Assembly: GCA_017474765.1 (NCBI GenBank) | Contig: JAFVGW010000034.1 | Location: 217,694-281,693, forward strand | DNA: 64,000 nucleotides | Direction of reading: 5' to 3' | Source: Salinivirgaceae bacterium | GTDB lineage: Bacteria > Bacteroidota > Bacteroidia > Bacteroidales > SZUA-534 | Shown: positions 33,580 through 42,485 of the stretch, in pieces | How positions within the stretch are numbered: position 1 is the first letter of the stretch | How the letters are laid out: each line of letters begins with the position of its first letter | The notes under the pieces: generated by a model | Database searches by the model: none | What the model saw: the letters and a program-made list of their open reading frames with translations, nothing else | What the model was told of the DNA's origin: nothing | Position numbers and translations under genes: made by a program

Positions 33580-34944
33580 TTAAATAATCTTCTCAAGTTT
33601 CGATACGTTGCGGTCAATATCCTCTTGCGGCAACTCGAAGTTGGTCAGGTCGCCGGCCAGATACTGGTCGTAAGCGGTCATATCGATGAGTCCGTGTCCC
33701 GAAAGGTTGAACAGAATGGTCTTCTGCTTGCCTTCCTCCTTGCACTTGTTGGCCTCGCGGATGGTTGCTGCGATTGCGTGCGCCGACTCAGGTGCAGGAA
33801 TGATGCCCTCAACCTGTGCAAACAACGTTGCAGCCTGGAATGACTCAAGTTGCGGAATATCAACACCTTTCATCATACCGTCTTTAAGCAGCTGGCTGAC
33901 AATGGTTCCGGCGCCGTGGTAGCGCAAACCGCCTGCGTGAATGTGAGCCGGTGCAAAATCGTGACCCAGAGTGAACATCGGCAGCAGCGGTGTATAGCCG
34001 GCTTCGTCGCCGAAATCGTACTGGAACACGCCGCGCGTCAGTTTCGGGCACGATGAAGGTTCGGCGGCAATAAACTCTGTATTCTTGCCATCGACAAGGT
34101 TGTGGCGCATAAATGGGAACGAAATTCCACTGAAGTTCGAGCCACCACCGAAGCAGCCAATCACCATATCGGGATACTCGCCTGCCATAGCCATCTGTTT
34201 TTCGGCCTCAAGACCGATAACTGTCTGATGCAGAGAAACGTGGTTCAGAACGCTGCCGAGCACATATTTGCAGTTCGGGGTTTGCATTGCAAGTTCAACA
34301 GCCTCCGAGATGGCCGTTCCAAGGCTTCCTTGATAAGTCGGGTTGGCGGTCAGAATGTTCTTGCCTGCGCGTGTGCCCATCGAAGGAGATGCAATTACCT
34401 GTGCACCATAGGTTTGCATAATCAGTCGGCGGTATGGTTTCTGGTTGTAGCTCACCTTCACCATAAACACTGCCAAATCGAGTCCGAAGACTTTGGCGGC
34501 GTACGACAGAGCTGCTCCCCACTGACCTGCGCCAGTCTCGGTGGTGATGTTGGTCACGCCTTCCTTTTTGCAGTAGTAAGCCTGCGCCAGAGCCGAATTC
34601 AGCTTGTGCGAACCCACAGGGCTGACACTCTCGTTCTTGAAGTAGATGTGCGCAGGTGTGTCGAGTGCTTTCTCAAGGCCGTAAGCGCGCACCAGCGGTG
34701 TCGAACGGTAGTTTTTGTACTGATTGCGGACCTCTTCCGGAATGTCAATCCAGCGGTCGGTGGTGTTCAGTTCCTGCTCCGAGCAGGCGCGGTTGAACAG
34801 TCCCGACATCTCGTCAACCGTGAGCGGCTTGTGAGTCTGCGGGTTGAGCATCGGCAGCGGCTTGTTTTTCATATCGGCCACAATGTTGTACCATTGAGTT
34901 GGTATCTCGTTCTCCGTCAGGAAGAACCTCTTTTGTTTTTCCAT
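33580..34944 (-). CDS. trpB2: TrpB2-type tryptophan synthase beta subunit (stand-alone)
   Basis: 454 aa. The N-terminus IPTQWYNIVADMKNKPLPMLNPQT is characteristic of TrpB2. The PLP Lys lies in SPVGSHKLNSA, and ETGAGQWGAALSYA is present. Confidence 0.9.
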   Translation of the reverse strand: MEKQKRFFLTENEIPTQWYNIVADMKNKPLPMLNPQTHKPLTVDEMSGLFNRACSEQELNTTDRWIDIPEEVRNQYKNYRSTPLVRAYGLEKALDTPAHIYFKNESVSPVGSHKLNSALAQAYYCKKEGVTNITTETGAGQWGAALSYAAKVFGLDLAVFMVKVSYNQKPYRRLIMQTYGAQVIASPSMGTRAGKNILTANPTYQGSLGTAISEAVELAMQTPNCKYVLGSVLNHVSLHQTVIGLEAEKQMAMAGEYPDMVIGCFGGGSNFSGISFPFMRHNLVDGKNTEFIAAEPSSCPKLTRGVFQYDFGDEAGYTPLLPMFTLGHDFAPAHIHAGGLRYHGAGTIVSQLLKDGMMKGVDIPQLESFQAATLFAQVEGIIPAPESAHAIAATIREANKCKEEGKQKTILFNLSGHGLIDMTAYDQYLAGDLTNFELPQEDIDRNVSKLEKII

Positions 34945-34990
34945 TTTTTGATAGTTTTTAATTGATGTTTAAATGTTCATTCAGAATATT

Positions 34991-35021
34991 AAAAAAGCCC
35001 GCAAGTGGAGTGCTTACGGGC
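34991..35021 (-). terminator. attenuator terminator in the trpB2 leader
   Basis: The minus strand reads GCCCGUAAG-CACUCCA-CUUGCGGGC (9-bp stem including one G-U) followed by UUUUUU. It lies 46 nt upstream of the trpB2 ATG. Confidence 0.75.
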
Positions 35022-35046
35022 TTAAATCTTACAACAAACCGACGGG

Positions 35047-35112
35047 CTAATCCTCCACTTTAATTTCGGACTGGCGCCACCACCACTGTTTGCTGTTCAA
35101 ATTGTTTACCAT
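35047..35112 (-). CDS. Trp leader peptide MVNNLNSKQWWWRQSEIKVED (21 aa, three tandem Trp codons)
   Basis: My own reading gives ATG at 35112-35110, TGG TGG TGG at 35085-35077 and TAG at 35049-47. The last codons AAGUGGAG (35060-35053) are perfectly complementary to CUCCACUU (35010-35003) inside the terminator. Confidence 0.7.
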   Translation of the reverse strand: MVNNLNSKQWWWRQSEIKVED

Positions 35113-35251
35113 TTTGTTTTTATTAACGCAACGAAATAAATGTTTTTTAGCGAAAGTGCAAAACGTTTTTTCAGCGGATACGAGATTTGCGCACATTAGG
35201 TGTCGTAGGACTGTGAATACAGCGCTTGCTTGAAAACAATTATCGCAATAA

Positions 35252-35587
35252 CTATCTGGAATTCATACCTTCATCGTTAACATATACTGCGCTATCGGCA
35301 AACGATGGAGCCTCGAGCATGCCAGCCGCCTCAACAGCCGGAGCCGAATTGTCAGAGTCGCTACCAGCCACCTGCTGCTGAATGTCGCCACTTGTACTAA
35401 GCAAAAACACACTAAATCCAACCAGCAGAGCCACCGAAGCAGCCACTAACCAAAATCGACGATTATTGTGGCGACGCGTTGCCAAACTGTCGCTAATCTG
35501 TTGCCACACAAATTCAGGAGCAGCTACCTCGCTATCCTGCACCCCTTTGCGGAAAATCTTGTCAATGTTTTTTATACTCATAACCAT
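35252..35587 (-). CDS. putative anti-sigma factor (single-pass membrane protein)
   Basis: 111 aa with one central TM (FWLVAASVALLVGFSVFLL). It lies 13 nt downstream of the ECF sigma gene. Confidence 0.5.
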   Translation of the reverse strand: MVMSIKNIDKIFRKGVQDSEVAAPEFVWQQISDSLATRRHNNRRFWLVAASVALLVGFSVFLLSTSGDIQQQVAGSDSDNSAPAVEAAGMLEAPSFADSAVYVNDEGMNSR

Positions 35588-35600
35588 CTAACTTAATCAT

Positions 35601-36173
35601 CTACTTACTCAATAATCTTACATCTTGCCGGCGCTGTCCATAAAGAGCCTCAACCTTCTCCTGCAAAATGCACCTTGCCCGCGACAAGTTCGATTTCGAC
35701 GTACTCTCCGTGATTCCAAGCATCTGACCTATCTCCTGATGTGAGTAACCTTCAATAGCATAAAGGTTGAACACCATCCGATATTGAGGAGTCAACGCCT
35801 GCACCATCTGCATCAGTTCGCTGGCCGAAATCTCACTCAGCACATCATCGACCACCAAATGGGTGTCGTAGTCGGCAATCTCGCTCACACTATAGAGCAA
35901 GTTCTGCTTACGGTAACGCTCGAGCGCGCAATTCACAACCACGCGGCGAACCCAGCCTTCGAAAGAGCCTTTAAAATCGAAAAGGCCGATTTTTGTAAAA
36001 ACCCTCAGGAACCCGTCTTGAAGGATATCCTCGGCTTCGGTGCGGTCTTTGGCGTATCGCAGACACACTGCGAACATCTTCGACGACAGCAAATTATAGA
36101 CTTTCTGCTGCGCATCGGGCCGATTTTTTTTACATAATCTGACCAGCTCGTCCCAATCAATAGTACCAGTCAT
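35601..36173 (-). CDS. RNA polymerase ECF-type sigma-70 factor
   Basis: 190 aa with region 2 (AEDILQDGFLRVF..., VVNCALERYRK) and the region 4 HTH (GYSHQEIGQMLGITESTSKSNLSRAR). Confidence 0.85.
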   Translation of the reverse strand: MTGTIDWDELVRLCKKNRPDAQQKVYNLLSSKMFAVCLRYAKDRTEAEDILQDGFLRVFTKIGLFDFKGSFEGWVRRVVVNCALERYRKQNLLYSVSEIADYDTHLVVDDVLSEISASELMQMVQALTPQYRMVFNLYAIEGYSHQEIGQMLGITESTSKSNLSRARCILQEKVEALYGQRRQDVRLLSK

Positions 36174-37684
36174 TTCAAAATTCCATTAGTTGCACAAGAT
36201 AGACGTGTAGACTCCTCTTTTGGTTGCGTGCCTTGCTCTTTTTTTTGCAGAATCCACAAGCCGCTGAAAGTCAATGCTCCGTTTATTATCAATAGTTCGT
36301 AACCCATTTTGTAACCGTTCAGCAATATTGGTGCCAAATAGTTGAGCACAATGCAGATGCACGGCGACACCACCGCAACAATCCACACCCAGCGGTCGCG
36401 GACACTCTTTTTGGTGAACAGCCCGAAGGCGTAGAGCCCCAGCAGCGGGCCGTAGGTGTAGCCTGCAATGGTGTAGATGGCACTGATGACACTGCGGTCG
36501 TTCAGGCGGTTGAAAATGATGATGACCACCGCGACCACCGCCGCAATGGCAATGTGGACGCGCTTGCGGAGCCGTGTCTGCCCATCGGGTGAAAGGTTGC
36601 GCTTTTCAATTTCAAGAATATCGATTGAGAAGGCCGTGGTGAGTGCTGTGAGCGCCGAATCGGCCGACGAATAGGCCGCCGCCACAAGCCCCACGACAAA
36701 GAAAAGCGCCACCACCTGCGGCAGATAGCCCTGCGTGGCGAGCATCGGATAAAGGTTGTCGGTCTGCTCGGGTATGGCTATTCCGTTGCGGCCGGCAAAG
36801 ATATAAAGCATCGCGCCAAGCGCCATAAACAGCAGATTGACAGGTATAAACGAAAATCCGTACCAGTACATATTCTTTTGTGCGTCCTTCAAGTTGCGGC
36901 AGCTCAGGTTTTTCTGCATCATATCCTGGTCGAGCCCGGTCATCACAATCACAATGAAAATTCCGCTCAAGAACTGCTTCCAGAAGAAGGTTTTCTCTTT
37001 CGGATTATCGAAGAACCAAAGGCGCGAATAGTCGGAATGGTAAATCTCGCTGACAACACCGCCAAAGCTCAGCCCGAGCGAGTTTTTGACAGCTATAATA
37101 GTGATTACCAGTGCCGAAAGCATAAACAGGGTTTGCAATGTGTCGGTAAAGACGATGGTGCGGATGCCGCCTTTGAAAGTGTAGAGCAGAATGAGCACCA
37201 TTATGGCCACAACAGTGAGTTCGAACGGAATGCCCCACGCATCAAAAACCGCCAATTGTAAAACGCTCACCATCAAGAACAAACGGAATGAGCAACCGAT
37301 GACGCGGCTCAACAGAAAAAAAGCCGAGCCCGTTTTGTACGACGTTCGCCCGAAACGATTTTCGAGATAGGTGTAGATGCTAGTCAGATTATATTTGTAA
37401 TAGATTGGCAACAAGACTTTTGCAACAATCCAATAACCAAAGAAGAAGCCTATGACCATCTGCATATAGGCAAACTGGTTGAACCCCACTTCGCCTGGCA
37501 CCGAGATAAACGTGACACCCGAAATGCTTGTGCCAATCATCCCGAAAGCCACCAAATACCACGGCGACTTGTGATTGCCGATGAAGAACGACTCATTATC
37601 GGCCTTATTCCCAGTAAAATAAGATATGGTGAATAGTGCGCCGAAATAGACGAGCAAAACTATAACTATGAGCGTTGGTGACAT
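36170..37684 (-). CDS. sodium:solute symporter family transporter (unknown substrate)
   Basis: 504 aa polytopic protein with an SSS-type N-terminus (FFIGNHKSPWYLVAFGMIGTSISGVTFISVPGE). Its TGA overlaps the sigma-factor ATG (ATGA at 36170-36173). Confidence 0.85.
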   Translation of the reverse strand: MSPTLIVIVLLVYFGALFTISYFTGNKADNESFFIGNHKSPWYLVAFGMIGTSISGVTFISVPGEVGFNQFAYMQMVIGFFFGYWIVAKVLLPIYYKYNLTSIYTYLENRFGRTSYKTGSAFFLLSRVIGCSFRLFLMVSVLQLAVFDAWGIPFELTVVAIMVLILLYTFKGGIRTIVFTDTLQTLFMLSALVITIIAVKNSLGLSFGGVVSEIYHSDYSRLWFFDNPKEKTFFWKQFLSGIFIVIVMTGLDQDMMQKNLSCRNLKDAQKNMYWYGFSFIPVNLLFMALGAMLYIFAGRNGIAIPEQTDNLYPMLATQGYLPQVVALFFVVGLVAAAYSSADSALTALTTAFSIDILEIEKRNLSPDGQTRLRKRVHIAIAAVVAVVIIIFNRLNDRSVISAIYTIAGYTYGPLLGLYAFGLFTKKSVRDRWVWIVAVVSPCICIVLNYLAPILLNGYKMGYELLIINGALTFSGLWILQKKEQGTQPKEESTRLSCATNGILK

Positions 37685-37702
37685 TGTCAGCTATGTTTTC
37701 GG

Positions 37703-37710
37703 CAAATCTA
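37703..37710 (-). promoter_or_regulatory. candidate -7 element (TAGATTTG) for the symporter-sigma operon
   Basis: Matches TAnnTTTG, 18 nt upstream of ATG 37684. Confidence 0.4.
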
Positions 37711-37859
37711 CTCAATTTATTTAGGATTTAGAAGTTATGATTTTGCTTTTTAGACAAAACTAAAAAGCGTGGGAATCTGTATCAGAACACAAATTTAGCT
37801 ATACCAAATAACCATCAGTATATCAATCAAATATAACGAATTCACCAATTTCTGGCAGG

Positions 37860-39236
37860 CTATTTCAGCTTGTACTCGTAATTAATGAAAATCTTCTTCA
37901 CCTTCACAAAATAGATTAGCACACAAATGGTTGCGATGGCGGCAAGAGCATCGGAAACGGGCATGCTAAGCCATACGCCGGTAAGCCCCAAACCGCCTAT
38001 GCGTGGCAGTAAGAACATCGATGGAATCAAGAACAAGAGTTGGCGCGTCATGGTCAGAACAATGGCGATTTTCGGACGGCCAACAGATTGGAAGAAGTTG
38101 CTCGTAACCATTTGAATACCAACAATAGCGAAGGATGCCAGTGCTATACGCATTCCTTGTGCCGACAGTTCGATAAGCTCTGTGTCGGTGGTGAACAATG
38201 ACGAGATGAACCTTGGGAAAAGCTCGCCCGACAAAAATCCGAGAATGGTAACTGTTGAGCCGCAGACCAATGTCAATTTGAATACTTGTTTCACGCGGTC
38301 GAGTTGGCGTGCGCCGAAATTGAAACCCGCAATTGGCTGCATTCCTTGGTTGAAGCCAGCCACAATCATTGCAATCAGGTTCAGCAAGCTGTTGATGATA
38401 CCGAATGCCCCAATGGCGAAATCGCCGCCATAATTGTGCAGACTGCGGTTCATTAACGCGGCTATCAAGCTGGCGCATAGCAGCATAATAAAGTTCGGCA
38501 GACCAATCAAGAAGATGTTCGTTACGATTTTGCCTTTCAGACGGAAACAGCCTGGAGCAAAGTGCAGAGGCTTGTCATGGTGCAAAAAGTGATGCATGAC
38601 AATAATCGTTCCCACAATCTGCCCGCACAAGGTGGCCAAGGCCGCACCGCGTATGCCCCAATGAAACACAAAGATGTAAATTGGTGCAAGTGTAATATTT
38701 ATGGCTATGGTAGTCAACGTTACGTACATTGATTTTTGCGGAAATCCCGATGCACGCATAATATGATTTAGTCCTAAATAGACATGAATCAACAAGTTGC
38801 CAATGAGCGCTATTTCCATAAACTCACGGGCATATGGCAGTGTCATCTCACTTGCGCCAAACAGCATCAGAATGTCATCAAGAAACATGTATCCAAAAAA
38901 GGAAGTGACGATGCTCAATATAATATTGAGTATGAAAGCGTTGCCAAGTGTGCGTACAGCATCTTCCTCGTTTTTCTGTCCCATATAGATTGACACCATT
39001 GTGGATGCGCCAACGCCGATCATTGCGCCAAAAGCGGCAAAAATGTTCATCAGCGGCAGCGTAAGTGCCAACCCCGAAATGGCGTACGGTCCTACGCCCT
39101 GACCAATGAAAATTCGGTCTACAATGTTGTATATTGCCGATGCCGCCGTGGCAATGATGGCTGGCAGCGAGTATTGAAAGAGCAGCCGCCCGATGTTGGC
39201 TGTTCCGAGTTCTTTTGCAGCGTTTTCCTTCGTCAT
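37860..39236 (-). CDS. MATE family efflux transporter
   Basis: 458 aa with 12 hydrophobic helices and a MATE-type N-terminus (LLFQYSLPAIIATAASAIYNIVDRIFIGQGVG). Confidence 0.85.
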   Translation of the reverse strand: MTKENAAKELGTANIGRLLFQYSLPAIIATAASAIYNIVDRIFIGQGVGPYAISGLALTLPLMNIFAAFGAMIGVGASTMVSIYMGQKNEEDAVRTLGNAFILNIILSIVTSFFGYMFLDDILMLFGASEMTLPYAREFMEIALIGNLLIHVYLGLNHIMRASGFPQKSMYVTLTTIAINITLAPIYIFVFHWGIRGAALATLCGQIVGTIIVMHHFLHHDKPLHFAPGCFRLKGKIVTNIFLIGLPNFIMLLCASLIAALMNRSLHNYGGDFAIGAFGIINSLLNLIAMIVAGFNQGMQPIAGFNFGARQLDRVKQVFKLTLVCGSTVTILGFLSGELFPRFISSLFTTDTELIELSAQGMRIALASFAIVGIQMVTSNFFQSVGRPKIAIVLTMTRQLLFLIPSMFLLPRIGGLGLTGVWLSMPVSDALAAIATICVLIYFVKVKKIFINYEYKLK

Positions 39237-39470
39237 AGTGCTTCTAAAAAATCGCGCAAAATTCCGAAAAAAACTTGAAATGGCGAATGTTTTTAGTCAC
39301 AAGTTGTTAGGTATGGCTTATAAGTGCTGAAGATTGATTATATATCAGATTTTCAGACTGTTCCATATAATTGTTTTGCGCTGACGGATGTAGATGTTCC
39401 GATGTCTAAAAAAGTATATCTTTATTTTTTCGAAAAACGAAGTTGATATTTTATTTAAAAAGTTGATATT

Positions 39471-40625
39471 ATGAAAATTAGAGAAAATTCTGCGATTCAC
39501 TATATCGGTTGCGACGACACCGATTTGGATTTGTTTGAGAATCAGTACATTGTGCCAGAAGGGATGGCCTATAACTCATATCTGATTGAAGATGAAAAGA
39601 TTGCCATTACCGACACCGTCGACGTCCGCAAGAGCGATGAGTGGCGGAAGAATTTGCAAGCCGCGCTCAACGGCCGCCAGCCCGATTTCCTTGTGGTTCA
39701 CCATCTTGAGCCCGACCATTCGGCAAACATCAGCTGGGTGATGGACACTTTTGCTGGCTGTCGGATTGTCTGCTCAGCCAAGGCCGCTGCCTTCCTGCCG
39801 CAGTTCTTCGGGACTGATTTCGCAGGCCGCGTCGACATTGTGAAAGAAGGCGATACTCTGTCGCTTGGCGCTCATACTCTGCAATTTATAATGGCGCCGA
39901 TGATTCACTGGCCCGAAGTGATGGTTTCGTACGAGCAGACCGAAAAAGTGCTTTTCGCCGCCGACGCTTTCGGCAAGTTTGGCGCTCTCTGCAACGAGAC
40001 CGACCACTGGGCTTGCGAGGCTCGCCGCTACTATTTCAACATTGTCGGCAAGTACGGCAATCCTGTTCAGACTTTGCTGAAGAAAGCCGCCGCGCTCGAC
40101 ATTCAGACCATCTGCCCGCTGCACGGCCCAATCTTGAAAGAAAATCTCGGTTATTACATCGGTTTATATCAGACTTGGAGCGCCTATCAGCCTGAAACAA
40201 AGGGCGTTTTCATTGCTTACGCGTCGCTGCACGGCAACACTGCCAAAGCCGCCGAGGAACTTGCCGCAATGCTTGAGGCCAAGGGTGAGAAGGTTGCTAT
40301 TTCCGACCTTTCGCGCGCAGATATTGCCGAGTGCGTTGAGGATGCCTTCCGCTACGACCGCATGGTGCTTTGCGCCTCGTCGTACGATGGCGGCGTGATG
40401 CCTCTGATGCGCGAATTTCTGTGTCACCTGTCCGACAAAACCTACCAAAAACGCACCGTGGCGCTGGTTGAGAACGGCACGTGGGCTCCGTCGGCGGCAC
40501 GCACAATGCGCGCTCTGCTTGAGCCGCTGAAAGAGGTAACCATTCTTGAGCAGACCGTCACCATCAAAACAACATTGAATGACGACAGCCGCGCGGCGCT
40601 GAAGCAGCTTGCCGCAGCGTTGTAA
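39471..40625 (+). CDS. FprA-type flavodiiron protein (metallo-beta-lactamase-like + flavodoxin-like domains)
   Basis: 384 aa with the di-iron ligand motif HHLEPDHSAN and a C-terminal flavodoxin-like domain (FIAYASLHGNTAKAAEEL). Confidence 0.85.
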   Translation: MKIRENSAIHYIGCDDTDLDLFENQYIVPEGMAYNSYLIEDEKIAITDTVDVRKSDEWRKNLQAALNGRQPDFLVVHHLEPDHSANISWVMDTFAGCRIVCSAKAAAFLPQFFGTDFAGRVDIVKEGDTLSLGAHTLQFIMAPMIHWPEVMVSYEQTEKVLFAADAFGKFGALCNETDHWACEARRYYFNIVGKYGNPVQTLLKKAAALDIQTICPLHGPILKENLGYYIGLYQTWSAYQPETKGVFIAYASLHGNTAKAAEELAAMLEAKGEKVAISDLSRADIAECVEDAFRYDRMVLCASSYDGGVMPLMREFLCHLSDKTYQKRTVALVENGTWAPSAARTMRALLEPLKEVTILEQTVTIKTTLNDDSRAALKQLAAAL

Positions 40626-40643
40626 GACATATAGTTAATTGTA

Positions 40644-40675
40644 ATCCCTCGTAAAAATGTTTTACGAGGGATTTT
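40644..40675 (+). terminator. rho-independent terminator after the flavodiiron gene
   Basis: ATCCCTCGTAAAA-ATG-TTTTACGAGGGAT (13-bp stem) followed by TTT. Confidence 0.8.
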
Positions 40676-40860
40676 CATTTACAAGCCTACGCTTAATTCT
40701 CTCCCACTTCAATCTGAGTCATCAGCATCCCCCCAACAAAAACAATCTTCCAAAAATTCAATCTTTTCGTGTAGCACGCATTTTGCAGAAAAACGAAAAA
40801 AACTAATATTGCAAAGTGTTGCATTTTGTAACACAAATGGAAACTTAAAACCGCAGATTT

Positions 40861-41511
40861 ATGATTTTTGTCGGATTCTTCAGTCAGCACAAACTAATAC
40901 TTGACAGTGTAACTGCTTATTTGTCAAACTATTCTGACATCAAGACTGTCATCGCGACATCGGACAAAACCACGTTGTTCGAGAAGATGAAGCAGCACGT
41001 TGTTCACGTATTGATTGTGAATATGTTCGACCTTTCGACAGCCGAGCAGAACTTCATCATCGATTTAATGCTGAAATATCCGAAGTTGAAAATTCTGCTG
41101 CTCTCGAACGCCAACCGCGACGAGGTAATTCTGCGCTCAATCAAGGCTGGCGCCAAAGGCTACATCACTATCGATGCCAGCGGAAGCGAACTTGCACAAG
41201 CAATCTACACTCTGCGTATGGGCCACGACTACTACAGCGACAGCATTACGCAGCTGCTGCTTAACCGCTACATTTCTAGCAATTTAACCGATTCGCAAGC
41301 CGATGATGATGACGACCCGCTGAGCGCCCGTCAGATTGAGATTCTGAAACTTTGGGGCGACGGCTTCAGCAATCAGGAAATTGCCGACAAACTGTTTATC
41401 AGTGTCCGCACCGTCGAGACGCACAAAAACCATATAATGCAGAAACTCAACCTGAAAAGCACCGTCGATTTGGTGAAATATGCCATTAAGAGCAATATTA
41501 TCAAGTTGTAA
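40861..41511 (+). CDS. LuxR/NarL-family regulator with a degenerate (pseudo-)receiver domain
   Basis: 216 aa with the C-terminal HTH_LuxR region (LSARQIEILKLWGDGFSNQEIADKLFISVRTVETHKNHIMQKL). The N-terminal receiver-like fold lacks the acidic pair (FVGFFSQH instead of xxxDDH) and has N in the phospho-acceptor position (VLIVNMFD). Confidence 0.75.
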   Translation: MIFVGFFSQHKLILDSVTAYLSNYSDIKTVIATSDKTTLFEKMKQHVVHVLIVNMFDLSTAEQNFIIDLMLKYPKLKILLLSNANRDEVILRSIKAGAKGYITIDASGSELAQAIYTLRMGHDYYSDSITQLLLNRYISSNLTDSQADDDDDPLSARQIEILKLWGDGFSNQEIADKLFISVRTVETHKNHIMQKLNLKSTVDLVKYAIKSNIIKL

Positions 41512-41538
41512 ATCTGGGTGTAATTTGTTGTGCGATTT

Positions 41539-41566
41539 GTAGAGACGTGGCGCGCCGCGTCTCTAC
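41539..41566. terminator. GC-rich hairpin between convergent LuxR-like and dus genes (bidirectional terminator candidate)
   Basis: GTAGAGACG-TGGCGCGCCG-CGTCTCTAC, a 9-bp stem. Confidence 0.55.
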
Positions 41567-41579
41567 TGAATTAAACCAT

Positions 41580-42479
41580 TCAAAATAGGCTTTCAACGGT
41601 TTCGCAAAACTTTTCTGAATCATTGATTTTCTGAAGTTTGGCAAAAATCTCGTCGGGCTTGTCAAGCGCTTTCGCGAAATATTTCCAAAGTTCCTTCAAG
41701 CGGTTTAGGCTGTTGCGAGCGCAATACCAATGCGTGATTTCTGTTGCAAATTGCTTGAATGTTGGTACGTTGTCGGCTGGCAAACCTTTGATTTGCAACC
41801 CGATGTATGGATTCGCTATTGCACCGCGGCCAATCATATATCCTTTCAGGTTTGGCAAACTGATGTCGGCTTCGTCTGCGCGGGTGATGTCGCCGTTATA
41901 GACGATGGGATTGAGCGAGTTGCCTGCAGACTCGATGAACGCCTGGCGATAGGGCTCGCCGCCGTATTGTTGCTCAGCTGTCCGCGCGTGGATAATCAAC
42001 TCATTGATTTTAAATTTGTTAAAGATTTCAATAATCGCAGGAAACTCATCGGGCGAACTGAAACCGATGCGAATCTTCACCGATAGCTCTGGTTTTAAAC
42101 GGCCGATGGCGCTATCGAGCAGACGCTCAAGGTTTTCCAAATCACGAAGCAATGCGGCGCCGCGGTTTTTGCTCACCACAAACTTTATTGGGCAACCCAT
42201 ATTCCAATTCACTTTCGGGTAACCTAAATCGTTGAGAATGTTGGCCATTGCCACAAAAGCATCGGCATTGTTGCTCAAAAGTTGTGGCACCAAATTCACA
42301 CTTTTGCTGATGCCCGAAAATCGGCGCGCAAGCACTTGCGGTTTGGGGATAGAACGCTCATCAGCAAGCATATACGGTGCAAAAATCTCGTCGAAACCGC
42401 CAACTTCGGCAATGGCGTTCATAAACGGCGCATCAATCAAGCCCAACATTGGCGCAAGTTGTATAACTTTTTCTGCCAT
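41580..42479 (-). CDS. tRNA-dihydrouridine synthase family protein
   Basis: 299 aa with LAPMLGLIDAPF, NWNMGCP, HARTAEQQYGG, YNGDI and MIGRGAIANP, which are Dus-family blocks. Confidence 0.75.
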   Translation of the reverse strand: MAEKVIQLAPMLGLIDAPFMNAIAEVGGFDEIFAPYMLADERSIPKPQVLARRFSGISKSVNLVPQLLSNNADAFVAMANILNDLGYPKVNWNMGCPIKFVVSKNRGAALLRDLENLERLLDSAIGRLKPELSVKIRIGFSSPDEFPAIIEIFNKFKINELIIHARTAEQQYGGEPYRQAFIESAGNSLNPIVYNGDITRADEADISLPNLKGYMIGRGAIANPYIGLQIKGLPADNVPTFKQFATEITHWYCARNSLNRLKELWKYFAKALDKPDEIFAKLQKINDSEKFCETVESLF

Positions 42480-42485
42480 AGTATT

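Noticed and set aside
34102-34965. 287-aa plus-strand ORF
   Set aside because: It is antisense to trpB2, which has the PLP-Lys motif and a TrpB2 N-terminus. This is a shadow ORF.
37745-37768. Palindrome GCTTTTTAG-N6-CTAAAAAGC downstream of the MATE gene
   Set aside because: It is probably a weak terminator. It has no flanking U tract, and nothing else is notable.
40693-40890. 65-aa minus-strand ORF overlapping the LuxR-like start
   Set aside because: It overlaps the promoter and start of a supported gene and has no recognisable features.
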